Shown here in pieces: positions 20,167-31,003 of a stretch of DNA of 64,000 nt. Location of the stretch: assembly GCA_963729605.1 (NCBI GenBank), contig CAVSNY010000003.1, forward strand, positions 418,018 to 482,017, in the 5' to 3' direction. The stretch is from an uncultured Gammaproteobacteria bacterium. GTDB taxonomy: Bacteria > Pseudomonadota > Gammaproteobacteria > DRLM01. Under the pieces are notes generated by a model that was not told the DNA's origin, ran no database searches, and saw only the letters and a program-made list of their open reading frames with translations. Both the position numbers and the translations under genes were made by a program. How positions within the stretch are numbered: position 1 is the first letter of the stretch; each line of letters opens with the position of its first letter.

Positions 20167-22203
20167 TTAGAGGAAGTTGATGATGACGCCGGCCATGACA
20201 TTGGTCGGCGCCCGCGGATTGAAACTGGTCGGCTGGCCCTGCGCGTTGGCGCCGGAGATATTCTCGCCGTAGACCTCGTCGGCGAGGTTGTTAACGTCCA
20301 TATACCAGCGGACGTTGCGGCCTTGCGCGGTACGCATCGTATAAAACACCGTGGCGTTCACCACATCGTAACCTTCATATTCACCGGTGTTCTGATTGTT
20401 GGTGTAATAAGGGCCGACCGAACGCCAGCGCAGACTGCCGCCCCAGCCGTTCGGCGGCGAATACTTGGCGCCGAGGTTGGCGACGTAACGCGGCACGCGC
20501 TGCAACTCCTTGCCGACGACGGTCGGGTCGGTGCTCTTCTCGATCTCCGAGTCGAAGATGCCGAAGCCCGTCGACAGTTCGACGTGGTTCCACATCGGCG
20601 GGTAATAACGCACCTCGCCTTCGAGGCCGATGCGGCGGCTCTCGCCGGCGTTGATGAACTGCGGCGGCGTGACGTTCGGCACCTGCTGGATCTCGTCGGA
20701 GCTGTCGAGAATGAAGGCCGCGAGGTCGACGTACCATTGCGGCGAGGGCGCACCGTTGACGCCGATTTCATATTGCCAGAATTCGACGGCATCGACATTG
20801 ATGTTGGGATCGAACTTCTGCGTGCTGTTGGGCAAGGCGAAACCGTTGGCGGCGCTGGCGCGCAGCTCCCAATTGTCGGTTATTTCCGAACGCACGCCGA
20901 ATTTGGGGCTGATGCGCGCGAAGTCGTCGAGATCGGTCGTGATGCCGGTCTGCAGATTGGTGAGCGAACCGTCGAAGTCATCGTAACGGAAACCCAGGGT
21001 CGGCCGGAAACGCGGATCGATGTCGAGGTCCATCTGGCCGTACAGCGAGGTGGTGGTCAGCGTGAAATCGCGGTCGCGCTGCTTGGCGCCGCGCACCCGC
21101 GCGTTGGTCGCCCACTGATCTTCATGGGTATCTTCGTCGTAATATTCGGCGCCGAGCACCCAATGGCTGTCGATGCCCAGCAGTCGATGTTCGCCGTTCA
21201 AGCTGGCGCCGACCGCCCTGACCTCGCGGTCGTGGGCGCGTTCCACTTGATTGGGCGGCGGATTGGGCGTGCTCGACTCGAAGCGGGTCAGGTTCATCTG
21301 GGTGTTGTAGGCGAAGGTCAGCAGCTTGAGCTTTTCGTTGATGAGGTGATTGAAGTCGATGCGCTGCGACGAATAACGTTTCTCGCCGCCGTCACGCTGA
21401 TCGGCCACACTCGGCGCCTGCCGGTGGCGCAGATCGTCGTTGAGGAACTGGTCGCGGCCAATATTGCCCGGGCCTTCGAACCAGGCGCCGTGGCCGCGCA
21501 GCGACAAGGCGATCTCGGAGCGATCGCCGATCTCATAGGCGGCGCGCAGCGCGGAATTCATCTTGCTGAAGCGCGAATTGTCGCGCCAGCCGTCGCTCTC
21601 GTAGCCCTGCACCGCGCCGTTGAGCTGCACGTCGCCGACCCGGGTGCCGAAGGCGACCTGGCCGTCGTAGCTGTCGAACGCGCCGCCCGACAGGTGTACG
21701 TCGGCGTATTCACCGCCCTTGCGGGTGGTGAAGGCCATCACGCCGCCGCGCGCGAAGTTGCCGTACAGCGGCGAGACCGGGCCCTTGTACACCGCGAGGC
21801 TCTCGATCTCGAGCGGAATGACGACGTTGGTGTCGGCGTAACCGTCGGCATGGCCGTCGGCCTCGTTCATGGTGACGCCGTCGAGCGTGAAACCGATATC
21901 GCCGCCGTGGCCGCCGCTGGTCATGCCGCGAATGGTGATGAAGTCGGCGACGCTGCCCGACTGGATCGAACGCGCCTCGACGCCCGGCGCCTCCTCGAGG
22001 ATCGCCAGCGGATTCTCCCAGCGCTGCGATCCGATCGTGTCGGACGAAATCACGTTGACCGTGAACGAACGGTCGGAGTCCTTCATGGCCTCGCCTTTGA
22101 CGGTGATTTCATTGAGCTTGACCGGCTCCTCGGCCTGTACGCCTATCCCCGTGCCGAATAAGGCCAGAGCGATCGCGCATTTTTTGAAACGATGATGCAT
22201 CAT
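20167..22203 (-). CDS. TonB-dependent receptor (His-containing plug; paralog of 39491-41503)
   Basis: Signal peptide, EITVKG TonB box, YKGPVSPLYGNFARGG plug, NNLADE.Y near C-terminus. Confidence 0.92.
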   Translation of the reverse strand: MMHHRFKKCAIALALFGTGIGVQAEEPVKLNEITVKGEAMKDSDRSFTVNVISSDTIGSQRWENPLAILEEAPGVEARSIQSGSVADFITIRGMTSGGHGGDIGFTLDGVTMNEADGHADGYADTNVVIPLEIESLAVYKGPVSPLYGNFARGGVMAFTTRKGGEYADVHLSGGAFDSYDGQVAFGTRVGDVQLNGAVQGYESDGWRDNSRFSKMNSALRAAYEIGDRSEIALSLRGHGAWFEGPGNIGRDQFLNDDLRHRQAPSVADQRDGGEKRYSSQRIDFNHLINEKLKLLTFAYNTQMNLTRFESSTPNPPPNQVERAHDREVRAVGASLNGEHRLLGIDSHWVLGAEYYDEDTHEDQWATNARVRGAKQRDRDFTLTTTSLYGQMDLDIDPRFRPTLGFRYDDFDGSLTNLQTGITTDLDDFARISPKFGVRSEITDNWELRASAANGFALPNSTQKFDPNINVDAVEFWQYEIGVNGAPSPQWYVDLAAFILDSSDEIQQVPNVTPPQFINAGESRRIGLEGEVRYYPPMWNHVELSTGFGIFDSEIEKSTDPTVVGKELQRVPRYVANLGAKYSPPNGWGGSLRWRSVGPYYTNNQNTGEYEGYDVVNATVFYTMRTAQGRNVRWYMDVNNLADEVYGENISGANAQGQPTSFNPRAPTNVMAGVIINFL

Positions 22204-22298
22204 GATTCCCCTCTCCGTTATGACGAACAGACAGCCACCCCGGTAATATCCGGCGCTTCGCCTGGTTACACATGCAGCCGGTTTGAACCGGCCCACCC

Positions 22299-24563
22299 CT
22301 AGAAGTTGACCGCCACTTCACCGAACACGGTGCGGCCCGGTGTTTGCCCGAAGCTTTGATAATATTTTTTATCGAGCATGTTGTTGACCGACAGCGAGAG
22401 CGACACTTTGTCCCAGCCGGTATAAATGAACTTGCCGTCGAGCGTGGTATATGGATCGATGCCACCGCGGACCCCTTTGGCGGTATCCAAATTATCGTCG
22501 CGGCTGAAGGCGTCGCCGACGCGGCGCAGCATCAGGCTGCCCTTATAAGACTGGGCGTGCAGATCGACACCCAGGTTGTACATATGTTCGGGAATCTGCG
22601 GAATGGTTTTGCCCACCAAGCCCGGCTGGGTATCGCTGCGGGTGATGGTGGCGTCCAGCCAGGTCGCGTTCGCGAACAAATCGAGATAGGGGGTGATTTC
22701 TTGCGTGAGGTCTAACTCGATGCCGTTGCTCTCGCCCTCCGCGGCGTTTTCCATCACCCGCACGGTGAGGGTATCCGCGGGGGCGCTGATGGTGCGCCGG
22801 TAAATCCAGTCTTCAAGTTTATTCTGGTAATAGGTCGCGCCGATGCGGGTGGCGGTGGGGAAACGCTGCACGATGCCGATTTCCCATGCCGTGACCTTTT
22901 CCGCCTTGAGATTGGGATTGCCGATGGTCTGGGTGCCGCCGTGACTGGAGTTGACATAGAGTTCATCGAGGGTCGGCGGCCGAAACGCCGTGCCCGCCGA
23001 GGCGCGCAGGGTGGTATTCGTAAACGGGGTATAAACGGCCGAGACCTTGGGATTGACCGAGGTCTGGCTGCGATCGGCGAAATGCGTGCGCGGGTCCGGC
23101 CCCAGTTCCTGGAAACCATCGGTATTGTTCCAGTGATCGTAACGCACGCCCAGGAACAGATCGAGGTTGTCGAGCACGGTGTATTGATCCTGCACGTACA
23201 CCGCGTGGGTCTGTTGTTTGCCGCCGCTGCTGCTGGCCATGCCGATGACCTCGGGGACGCGGCGATCGAAGATCACCGGGATTTTTTGCGTCCCTTCGGC
23301 GACTTGATACAACAGCCCGGTGGTCAGCAGATGGCGCGCGCCGAGCTGAATGTTGCTCGATACCTCCGCATGCAAACCATTCGAGTCGCGATCACGGGTG
23401 GTCCAGCGCGCCGAACCCAAACCCAAGCCCGCGGGCAGCGCGCGGTATTCGGTTTCGCGGTTGAACTGCGTGGAATAGCCGAGACTGGCGTCGACGGAAA
23501 TCGTCGGCGTCGCGGCGACGCTGTATTTGAGGGCGTATAAACCGGCGTTGTCTTCGCGGGTGATCGGGAAGAAATTCGATTCCGACAAGCTGACCCGATT
23601 GCCTTCGATGTTGAGAGGACCGCTGATCACCGGCATGCCGCTCGGGTCGCGCAAATAAGTATGGTAAGTGGGTTGATCCAGGGACCATTCGCCGTACAGC
23701 GCGGTAAAGGCCAGCGTCGAGGACGGCGTCAGATCGAAACTGAGTTTGGTGGTGAAATAGTCGCGGTCGAACACCTGCTCGCCGCCGTCGCCCACCGTGT
23801 ACAAGGTCTGCTGGCCGGTGACGTCGCTCATCCGGCCATAACCGGTCACCACGGTTTCCGAGCCGTCGGCGGGGGTGTTGCCGCGCGGTCGTTCGACCGT
23901 CGAGACCACATAGCCGTCGGTCTGCCAGCGGTCGAAGCCGACGATGAAGCTCAGCCGGTCGGATAAGGTGCGGTTGCCGTATTGCAGATGATAATTGCTG
24001 GTGCCGAACGAACCGTAGCCGGCGCGGGCGCGGGCGATTTCTTTCTCGGGCGTGGCGATGATGTTGTTGATGACGCCGCCCAGCGCGTAGCCGCCGTACA
24101 GCGACGAGAACGGGCCGCGCACTATATCAATACGCTCGATCTCGTCGACCGGTAATTCGCTCCACGGCACACTGCCGGTGGTGATGCTGTTGAGAGGAAT
24201 GCCGTCCAGCATCAGCAGGGTGCGCTGCTGTCCCTGGAAGCCGCGCATGATGGTGGTGGTGTGATTATCCACCGGCCCGCGGAATTTCAGCACGCTGACG
24301 CCCACTTCCCCGCGCAGGGCCTCGTCGAGGGTCGGGGCATGGCGTTTTTGCAGATCTTCCTGGGTCAGCACCGTGGTGCTGGCCGGGGCTTTATCGACAT
24401 CCTGCGCGGTGCGGGTCGCGGTAATCGTCATCTCCGCCATGCTGGCGGGTTTGGATTTTTCCTCGGCGGCCCAGGCCACCTCCGTTAATCCCAGACCGCA
24501 TGACAGCAGCGACATGCACCGCACCGATGCGGTGATACGCATCCGCGAATTCGTTTTCAGCAT
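22299..24563 (-). CDS. TonB-dependent receptor
   Basis: MTITATR TonB box, ERIDIVRGPFSSLYG, NNMLDKKY, terminal Phe. Confidence 0.93.
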   Translation of the reverse strand: MLKTNSRMRITASVRCMSLLSCGLGLTEVAWAAEEKSKPASMAEMTITATRTAQDVDKAPASTTVLTQEDLQKRHAPTLDEALRGEVGVSVLKFRGPVDNHTTTIMRGFQGQQRTLLMLDGIPLNSITTGSVPWSELPVDEIERIDIVRGPFSSLYGGYALGGVINNIIATPEKEIARARAGYGSFGTSNYHLQYGNRTLSDRLSFIVGFDRWQTDGYVVSTVERPRGNTPADGSETVVTGYGRMSDVTGQQTLYTVGDGGEQVFDRDYFTTKLSFDLTPSSTLAFTALYGEWSLDQPTYHTYLRDPSGMPVISGPLNIEGNRVSLSESNFFPITREDNAGLYALKYSVAATPTISVDASLGYSTQFNRETEYRALPAGLGLGSARWTTRDRDSNGLHAEVSSNIQLGARHLLTTGLLYQVAEGTQKIPVIFDRRVPEVIGMASSSGGKQQTHAVYVQDQYTVLDNLDLFLGVRYDHWNNTDGFQELGPDPRTHFADRSQTSVNPKVSAVYTPFTNTTLRASAGTAFRPPTLDELYVNSSHGGTQTIGNPNLKAEKVTAWEIGIVQRFPTATRIGATYYQNKLEDWIYRRTISAPADTLTVRVMENAAEGESNGIELDLTQEITPYLDLFANATWLDATITRSDTQPGLVGKTIPQIPEHMYNLGVDLHAQSYKGSLMLRRVGDAFSRDDNLDTAKGVRGGIDPYTTLDGKFIYTGWDKVSLSLSVNNMLDKKYYQSFGQTPGRTVFGEVAVNF

Positions 24564-24643
24564 TGCTTATCCCCCTTTAGTTTATTGCCGGCATACGCTT
24601 ATGAAATGCGCTTTTTTCCAGCGGTCTCTGAAAAATTTTCGCT

Positions 24644-26116
24644 CTATCCCGCCACCCGGCAGCGTCGCAAACCGCGCGCGGCCACCACCGCCAGCAACAA
24701 CAGCGGGACCGCGATGCCGATCATCGCCGCCGCGATGCGGCCGCCGGTGCCGATGCCGGGATTCTCGACGAACTCAAAACGTGGGAAGCGCTGGTAATCG
24801 TCGCTGGTCAACATCCGTTCGGCCTGGGCCTTGCTGACGAAGAACTCGCGCCACTCTTGATGGAAACGATCGATTTGGCCGAAGAATTCGTCGTAACGGC
24901 TGCGGCCGGTGCCGGCGATTTCCGCCAGGGCGTCGTTGATCAGCAGGGCCGGCGATATATAGGCGAGCCGCTCCGCCAGATCATGTTGACGTTGCAATTG
25001 CGCCTCGTGCACCGCCAGTATCTCTTCGGCGCGCGCCATCGCGGCCTGTTGCACGGCGAGACGGCGCAAGGTCCGTTCGCGCGCACTGCCGCGGGTCAAT
25101 ACTTCCTCGTGACTGTCTTCGCCCGAGGCATGCGAATGTTCTTCTTCATATCGCGCCAAGGCGGCATCGCGCTCTTTGTCGGCGCTGACCGCGGCGGCAC
25201 GTACATCCAACACCATTGCGGCCCGCGACGGCGAGGGATAAAGCGCCTCCGCCGCGGCGTTGGTCAGAGACGGCACGATGAGCAATACCGCGATCCAGGC
25301 CCCGATCAGCAGCAACGCGTTATAGGCCGAATCCCGGCCCAGGCCGTTCACGGCGGCGGCGAGGGCCGCCCAAAACATGCCGTAGATGATGATCGCCAGG
25401 GCGAGAGCGGACAGCGCGCCGCCCACGCCGGTCAAGCCATCGCCGATGAACACCAGGCCCGCGAACACCGTCGCGAGGGTAAACAGCATGGGCAACCCGG
25501 CGCGCACCATCAGCTTGCCGGCCAACACGGTGCGCAACTGCACGGGGCAGGACGCGGTGAGCGCCAGCGTGCCCTGCTCGCGTTCACCGGAGACCAGGTT
25601 ATAGGTCAACGCGAGTATCCACAGCGGATAAATAAAAACCAGCACGAAGGCGAGATCGAAGGTGCCGGCGAATAGATGGGCCGGATTGGCGATTTCGTCG
25701 CTGAACAGAAAGCTGTCTTTACTGCCGGTCGACACCCGCAAGGTCGGCGGATACAAATCGCTTTGACCGACCGCGGTGATGGCGAGCGGTTGCGCCGGCA
25801 AGGCGGCGATGGTGGCCCCCGAACCGCCGCCGACGAAGATCGCGTTGCGCGGATCGCGGAAGGGCTGGCCGGGCGGTGCGATTTTTCCGGATTCGATATC
25901 GGCGAGATTGTCACGCAGCTTCACCAAGCGCCCCTCCTCCTCCGCCACCGCGGCGGCAACGGCGGCGGCCCGCTGTTCGAGGAGGTTTTTGCCGTTGTGC
26001 AGCGCGTAGGCGACGGTGGCCAGGATCATCGCCAGCACCAGCCACAGCGCCGGGTCGAGCCGGAGGATGCGCCACTCGCAACGCATCGCCGCCATAAAAA
26101 CATTCATATTCGGCAT
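24644..26116 (-). CDS. ABC-2 type permease with DUF3526-like domain
   Basis: VGQSDLYP, FDLAFV….PL, SGEREQGTL. Confidence 0.85.
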   Translation of the reverse strand: MPNMNVFMAAMRCEWRILRLDPALWLVLAMILATVAYALHNGKNLLEQRAAAVAAAVAEEEGRLVKLRDNLADIESGKIAPPGQPFRDPRNAIFVGGGSGATIAALPAQPLAITAVGQSDLYPPTLRVSTGSKDSFLFSDEIANPAHLFAGTFDLAFVLVFIYPLWILALTYNLVSGEREQGTLALTASCPVQLRTVLAGKLMVRAGLPMLFTLATVFAGLVFIGDGLTGVGGALSALALAIIIYGMFWAALAAAVNGLGRDSAYNALLLIGAWIAVLLIVPSLTNAAAEALYPSPSRAAMVLDVRAAAVSADKERDAALARYEEEHSHASGEDSHEEVLTRGSARERTLRRLAVQQAAMARAEEILAVHEAQLQRQHDLAERLAYISPALLINDALAEIAGTGRSRYDEFFGQIDRFHQEWREFFVSKAQAERMLTSDDYQRFPRFEFVENPGIGTGGRIAAAMIGIAVPLLLLAVVAARGLRRCRVAG

Positions 26117-26158
26117 AAAGATTCGCTCCTCACCCTCATGGCGTATCGCCCGTCGCCG

Positions 26159-27700
26159 TCATCGAATAGCCGTATAAACGGCGGCCTTGAGCACCGCCAT
26201 CACTTTTGCGTACCTCACACCGGCCGCAGCCGCCGCACCGCGAACACGGCGAGCAGGCCCGCGGCCGCGCACCAGAATCGCCAAAGTGAACAGGTTGCGC
26301 GCCTGCGCGCTCAGCACCCACCCCGCCTGCGGGGCGCGATAACTGAAGGCGGGAATCCGCGCCCACAGCTCAGGGCCGGCGACATACGTCGGATCGCCGT
26401 AACGGCCGTTGTGGATCAGGTCCTCGCTAATCATGGTTTGCACCAGGCGGCGGTGCTGTTCGGCGGCGGTGGCGAAATGGTAGTGGCCGCGACTATCCGA
26501 ACCGGCGAGGCCCATCGAATACGGCTGTATCGCCAAAAACGGCAGCAGGAAACCGGGCGCCGCGCGCCAGCGGTCCTGCCGGGCGTAGTCGTCTTGCAGG
26601 CCGCCAAAATGTTTGTCGTAGATGCCGTAACCGATTTCGTCGCTCTTGCGCAGCGACAGGCCACGGAAATTCACCGGCAAATCCTCGACCCGGCTGACAC
26701 CGTAGTCACGCAGCACTTGATCGCGGAAGACGACGAAGGCCGGATGGGTCTCGTCATGACCAAAATCTTTTTTCCTGTCTTCGGCGATGGCGTCGCGGAA
26801 TTCCAGCGCGGTGGGCAGCGGCAGCGCGGTGCGGACCAGATCGGTCATCAACCGCGGCATCAGAAAACAATTGAGCAGCCAAAAGGCGAGCAGGCCGACC
26901 AAGGCCGCGCGCGAACTTTTGGAAAAGGCCGAGACGGCCAGCGCCAGCGCCGCGATACCGCCAAGATAAAAGGCGTAACCGAGGGTCAGCCAACCGAGCC
27001 GAGCCAACTGGTCGCCCGGCGACAGTTGCGCATCGTCGAGGAAGAACAGGCAGGAGATCACCACCCCGATCAATACCGGAAGCAGCATCGCGCTCAACAC
27101 GCCGCCGACCGCCAGGGCCTTGCCGGCGAGCAGGTCGAGCGGCCGCGCGCCCAGACTCAACAGTTGGCGCAACGTGCCGCGCTCGCGTTCACCCGAAAAC
27201 GCGGCGAAACACAGCAAGATCACCAGCAAGGGCATCACTGTCTGCAACACGAAGGCCAGCGACAGATTGCCGAGCCGCGCCGACACGCCGCTGTCGCGCG
27301 CCGGGCGGAACTGCACTTCATTCTGTTTGTGCGCCTCCAGCCACACCGCGGTGCCGACGTAGGCGTTGACGCCGGGATCGGCAAGGGCCAGCGGGCTTTG
27401 CGGTTTGAAGGCGTATTGACCGAAATGCGCCGCGGCGTGCGGGTCTTTCGCGCCTTGCGATGTCCACACTTCGCGATCTTCCTGCGCCGCGGCCGCGCGG
27501 TCGCGGTCGATACGCTGCGCTTGCTGGACGCCGAAGACGATCGCGCACAGCATCAGCAACAGGGTCAGCGCCGCCAGCCAGCGGAAACGCGCGTCGCGAT
27601 AAATGTCCAGCCACTCCTTGGCGGCCACGGTGCGGATGATGCGCCAGCGCCCGGACGGCAGCGGCGCCTCGGCGGCGGTGATCACGTCGACGGCGCTCAT
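26159..27700 (-). CDS. ABC-2 type permease with DUF3526-like domain (start MSAVD; probable C-terminal frameshift near 26276)
   Basis: KDPHAAAHFG, LEAHKQN, SGERERGTL; last TM continues in a different frame. Confidence 0.85.
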   Translation of the reverse strand: MSAVDVITAAEAPLPSGRWRIIRTVAAKEWLDIYRDARFRWLAALTLLLMLCAIVFGVQQAQRIDRDRAAAAQEDREVWTSQGAKDPHAAAHFGQYAFKPQSPLALADPGVNAYVGTAVWLEAHKQNEVQFRPARDSGVSARLGNLSLAFVLQTVMPLLVILLCFAAFSGERERGTLRQLLSLGARPLDLLAGKALAVGGVLSAMLLPVLIGVVISCLFFLDDAQLSPGDQLARLGWLTLGYAFYLGGIAALALAVSAFSKSSRAALVGLLAFWLLNCFLMPRLMTDLVRTALPLPTALEFRDAIAEDRKKDFGHDETHPAFVVFRDQVLRDYGVSRVEDLPVNFRGLSLRKSDEIGYGIYDKHFGGLQDDYARQDRWRAAPGFLLPFLAIQPYSMGLAGSDSRGHYHFATAAEQHRRLVQTMISEDLIHNGRYGDPTYVAGPELWARIPAFSYRAPQAGWVLSAQARNLFTLAILVRGRGPARRVRGAAAAAGVRYAKVMAVLKAAVYTAIR

Positions 27701-28413
27701 GCCGCCACCGCCTGCCGCGAAATATCGAGATAGGCGCGTTCGAGGCCGAGATGATCGGTGTCGTCGGTGTTGAACACCGCCGCCAAGCGGCCGCGCTGCA
27801 TGATGCCGACCCGCGTGCCGCATTGCTTGGCGAGGAACAAATCGTGGGTCACCATCAGCACCGCCATGCCGCGCCGGCGGAGATCTTCGATCAGCCGGGC
27901 GAATTCGTTGGCGGCGAGCGGATCGAGGCCGGAAGTCGGTTCATCGAGCAAGAGGGCTTTAGCGTCTTTGGCAAGCGCGATAGCGATACCGACCTTTTGC
28001 CGCATACCTTTTGAATAACCCGCGACCCGCCGGTTGGCCGCTTCTTCCTGCAACCCCGCTTCGCGCAGCAAGGCCATCAATTCCTGGCGCCCGCGCCGCC
28101 GGCCGGTGGACAGCGTGCTGAAATATTCGAGGTTTTCCACGCCGGTGAGATTGCCGTAAAGCATCACGGTCTCCGGGATATAGGCCAGCAGATGACGCGC
28201 CTCCAGGGGCGCGGCCGCGGCGTCCACGCCGCACACCAGGGCCTGGCCCGAGGTGGACGTGATGAAATTGAGAAAGAGATTGACGGTGGTGGTCTTGCCG
28301 GCGCCGTTGGGACCGAGCAGGCAAAACACCTCGCCGCCCGGCACCTGGAGATCCAAGTTATCCAACGCCGGTGCACCTTGATAAATCTTGGTCAATGAAC
28401 GCGCTTCAAGCAT
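27697..28413 (-). CDS. ABC transporter ATP-binding protein
   Basis: GPNGAGKTT, YSKGMRQK, LLLDEPTSG. Confidence 0.95.
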   Translation of the reverse strand: MLEARSLTKIYQGAPALDNLDLQVPGGEVFCLLGPNGAGKTTTVNLFLNFITSTSGQALVCGVDAAAAPLEARHLLAYIPETVMLYGNLTGVENLEYFSTLSTGRRRGRQELMALLREAGLQEEAANRRVAGYSKGMRQKVGIAIALAKDAKALLLDEPTSGLDPLAANEFARLIEDLRRRGMAVLMVTHDLFLAKQCGTRVGIMQRGRLAAVFNTDDTDHLGLERAYLDISRQAVAA

Positions 28414-28487
28414 GTTGGTCTCCTTGGTGTTCGTACCGGCGCGCGATGTCGGGTCGCGCGCCGGCTGTGCAAATAACGGCTGTCGTA

Positions 28488-30812
28488 TTACAGGGCGAGC
28501 TTGACCTCGCCGAATAAAGTGCGTCCCGCGTAGGGATGGCCGACGAAATAACGTTCGTCGGTCAGGTTGTCCACGCCGACGCCCAGCTTTACGTGGTTGT
28601 TGACGGCGTAGGTGAGCTTGGCGTCGAACACGGTGTAATTGCTGACGCCGTCGAAGGCGTTGGGATTGACGTCGGTGTTTTCCAGAGAACCGTATTGTTT
28701 GCCTGAATAACGGCCGGCCAAGGTATAGGCGAGCTTGTCGTTTTGGTGGTAGATCGCCACCAGGCTCGCCCGTGACCGCGGGATGCGGTAAAAGTCGTTG
28801 CCCACCGTCGCGGGATTGGTGCCGTTCTCGAGGATTTCGGAATCGTTGAAGGCCAGGCTGGCGGAGATATCCAATTGCGGCAGGAACACCTCGCGTCCGT
28901 CGTATACCAGTTCGATGCCGCGCACCCGCACGTGATCGATGTTCTGGTAATTGGTCACGCTGGGCACGACCACGGTGTTGGTCTGGCGGAACAATACATC
29001 CTTGGTGTCTTCTTCGTAGATCGAAAGGCGCGCGGTGGCCTTGTCGAAATGGCGTTCGACGGTGAAGTCCTTGAAGAAGCCCTGTTCCGGTTTGAGATTG
29101 GGATCGCTGTTGATGATCTGATTGCCCGAGATGCTGCCCTGGAACAGTTCGGTGACCGTGGGGAAACGATAGGCCTGCGCCAGGGACAGGCGATAAGTCC
29201 AGGCCTGGTTCGGGGTGAATTCCAACGCCGCCTTGGGAGACCAGTTGCTCTCGCTACGTTCCGGATAAGCGGCAGTCGTGGTGGTGGTTACGGCTGGCAC
29301 CCCGGCGGTAGTAGTGACGCTACGCAAACCGTCCATGGCCTTCCAAGCTTCATAACGCAGGCCCAGCACGGTTTTCCAACGGTCGGCGAAACGCCAGGCG
29401 TCCTGCACGAATACGGCCTGGGTGGTGGTCTGACCGGCGAAGGTATCGGCCGTTACGCCTGATGGTCCGCCATTGCGCCAGTCGGCGGTGGAATAATTTT
29501 TTTGATCGAGTTCGTAGAGGTCGAAGTGATACCCGAAGCTCCAGCGATGTCTATTTCCTTCGGCGGCCACCTGCTCGGCTTTGACGTCGAAGGTTTTCCA
29601 GCCGCTGCCGTCGAGATAACTGAGCGTGCCATTACCGCCTGAAAAGGCGCCGGGCGGCGCGGTGGTGGAGGTGCGCGTGAGATTCTCCGCCATGTCGTAT
29701 ATCGAGGCGACGGCCTCGTAATCCCAGCCGCTTTGATTATTGGTCTTGAGCGAAGCGGCGTAATTCCAGTGTTCCTCCTCACCGGCGCGCGGCGAAAAAC
29801 TGGTGGCGGGAATGTTGTAACGCATGCCGTCGATGTTGACGTTGCCGCTGTAAACCGGATTGCCGCCGGCATCACGCAGCCAGGTGGTATTGCCCACCTC
29901 GCCCGCTACACGGTCCATCGTCCAAGAGGCGACGGTGAGCCGTCCCTGTAGCGTCGGGGTGAAATCGTAACCCAGCTTGAGCTTGAACTCGTCCTGTTCG
30001 GTATGTTCGATGCCTCCGCCGCCGACACCGACCAGCACCGTATCGACGCCGTTGCGCGACTGGGCGTAATAGGCGCCGCGGCTGATCACCGTATCGGTGG
30101 GCTGCGCCGGGGTGGTGGAGATAGAACGCGTCACGAACTGGGTGGGCTGACTGGTCGCCTCCATCCGGCTCAGGCCCAACAGATAGGAAAACGCGCCTTT
30201 GCGATCGCCGAGGAAGGCATTGACGAGATGGCCGTCGTAGCTGTCGTCGGTGCCCAGATAGTTGAATTGCTGTTGATGGGCTTGCAGGCTGGCGGTGGCT
30301 TCGAAGTCATCGGGCATGCGGGTGGTGAACAGCACCGCAGCACCCATCGCATTGCCGGAATACAGCGCCGAATACGGGCCGTAGATCACATCGACCCGTT
30401 CGATTTCCTCGGGCAGCACCATCGACCAGCGCGGGGCGTTTTCATGTTGCGATGACAGAAAATTGCTCAAGAGTATGCCGTCGGCCAGCACCAGCCCGCG
30501 TCCGCCCTGAATATTGCTGGTGCCGCGCACCTCGATGGGGGCGTTGCGGTCGCCGATGAAACGCTTGCGCACGCGCAGGTTGGGCATGTATTTAACGGCA
30601 TCTTCGCTATTGGGGATGTTGAGATGCTGTAGCGTGTCCGCCGTGACGCTTTCGGTCGGCGCGGGAAGATCGGCGTCCACCGGCGAACGGTCGTCGGAGA
30701 TGGTGACGGCGGGCAATTGCTGCGCGGTGTTTTGCTCGGCGGCAAACGCGGGACTGACGACCAGCGTCACGCCACCCAGCAATAATGCGCCGTGCGATTT
30801 CAGTTTTTTCAT
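28488..30812 (-). CDS. TonB-dependent receptor
   Basis: Signal peptide, RKRFIGD plug, ERVDVIYGPYSALYSGN, DNLTDERY…HPY.GRT. Confidence 0.93.
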   Translation of the reverse strand: MKKLKSHGALLLGGVTLVVSPAFAAEQNTAQQLPAVTISDDRSPVDADLPAPTESVTADTLQHLNIPNSEDAVKYMPNLRVRKRFIGDRNAPIEVRGTSNIQGGRGLVLADGILLSNFLSSQHENAPRWSMVLPEEIERVDVIYGPYSALYSGNAMGAAVLFTTRMPDDFEATASLQAHQQQFNYLGTDDSYDGHLVNAFLGDRKGAFSYLLGLSRMEATSQPTQFVTRSISTTPAQPTDTVISRGAYYAQSRNGVDTVLVGVGGGGIEHTEQDEFKLKLGYDFTPTLQGRLTVASWTMDRVAGEVGNTTWLRDAGGNPVYSGNVNIDGMRYNIPATSFSPRAGEEEHWNYAASLKTNNQSGWDYEAVASIYDMAENLTRTSTTAPPGAFSGGNGTLSYLDGSGWKTFDVKAEQVAAEGNRHRWSFGYHFDLYELDQKNYSTADWRNGGPSGVTADTFAGQTTTQAVFVQDAWRFADRWKTVLGLRYEAWKAMDGLRSVTTTAGVPAVTTTTTAAYPERSESNWSPKAALEFTPNQAWTYRLSLAQAYRFPTVTELFQGSISGNQIINSDPNLKPEQGFFKDFTVERHFDKATARLSIYEEDTKDVLFRQTNTVVVPSVTNYQNIDHVRVRGIELVYDGREVFLPQLDISASLAFNDSEILENGTNPATVGNDFYRIPRSRASLVAIYHQNDKLAYTLAGRYSGKQYGSLENTDVNPNAFDGVSNYTVFDAKLTYAVNNHVKLGVGVDNLTDERYFVGHPYAGRTLFGEVKLAL

Positions 30813-31003
30813 GCGACCCTCCGTTAGATCTTTATTGTTTAAACACTAAAGGCAACTTGATGTGTTGCACGGTTTCTTATGCCACGACGCATCTTCTCTC
30901 CAGTTAAGCGACTCCCTGCAACGCCGGGGACGGATAGTAGTGCGCGCGCCCCACGGCGCTTTTAAACACAGGCCTCCTCATCATGGCCGCTGCACCAGTA
31001 ACT

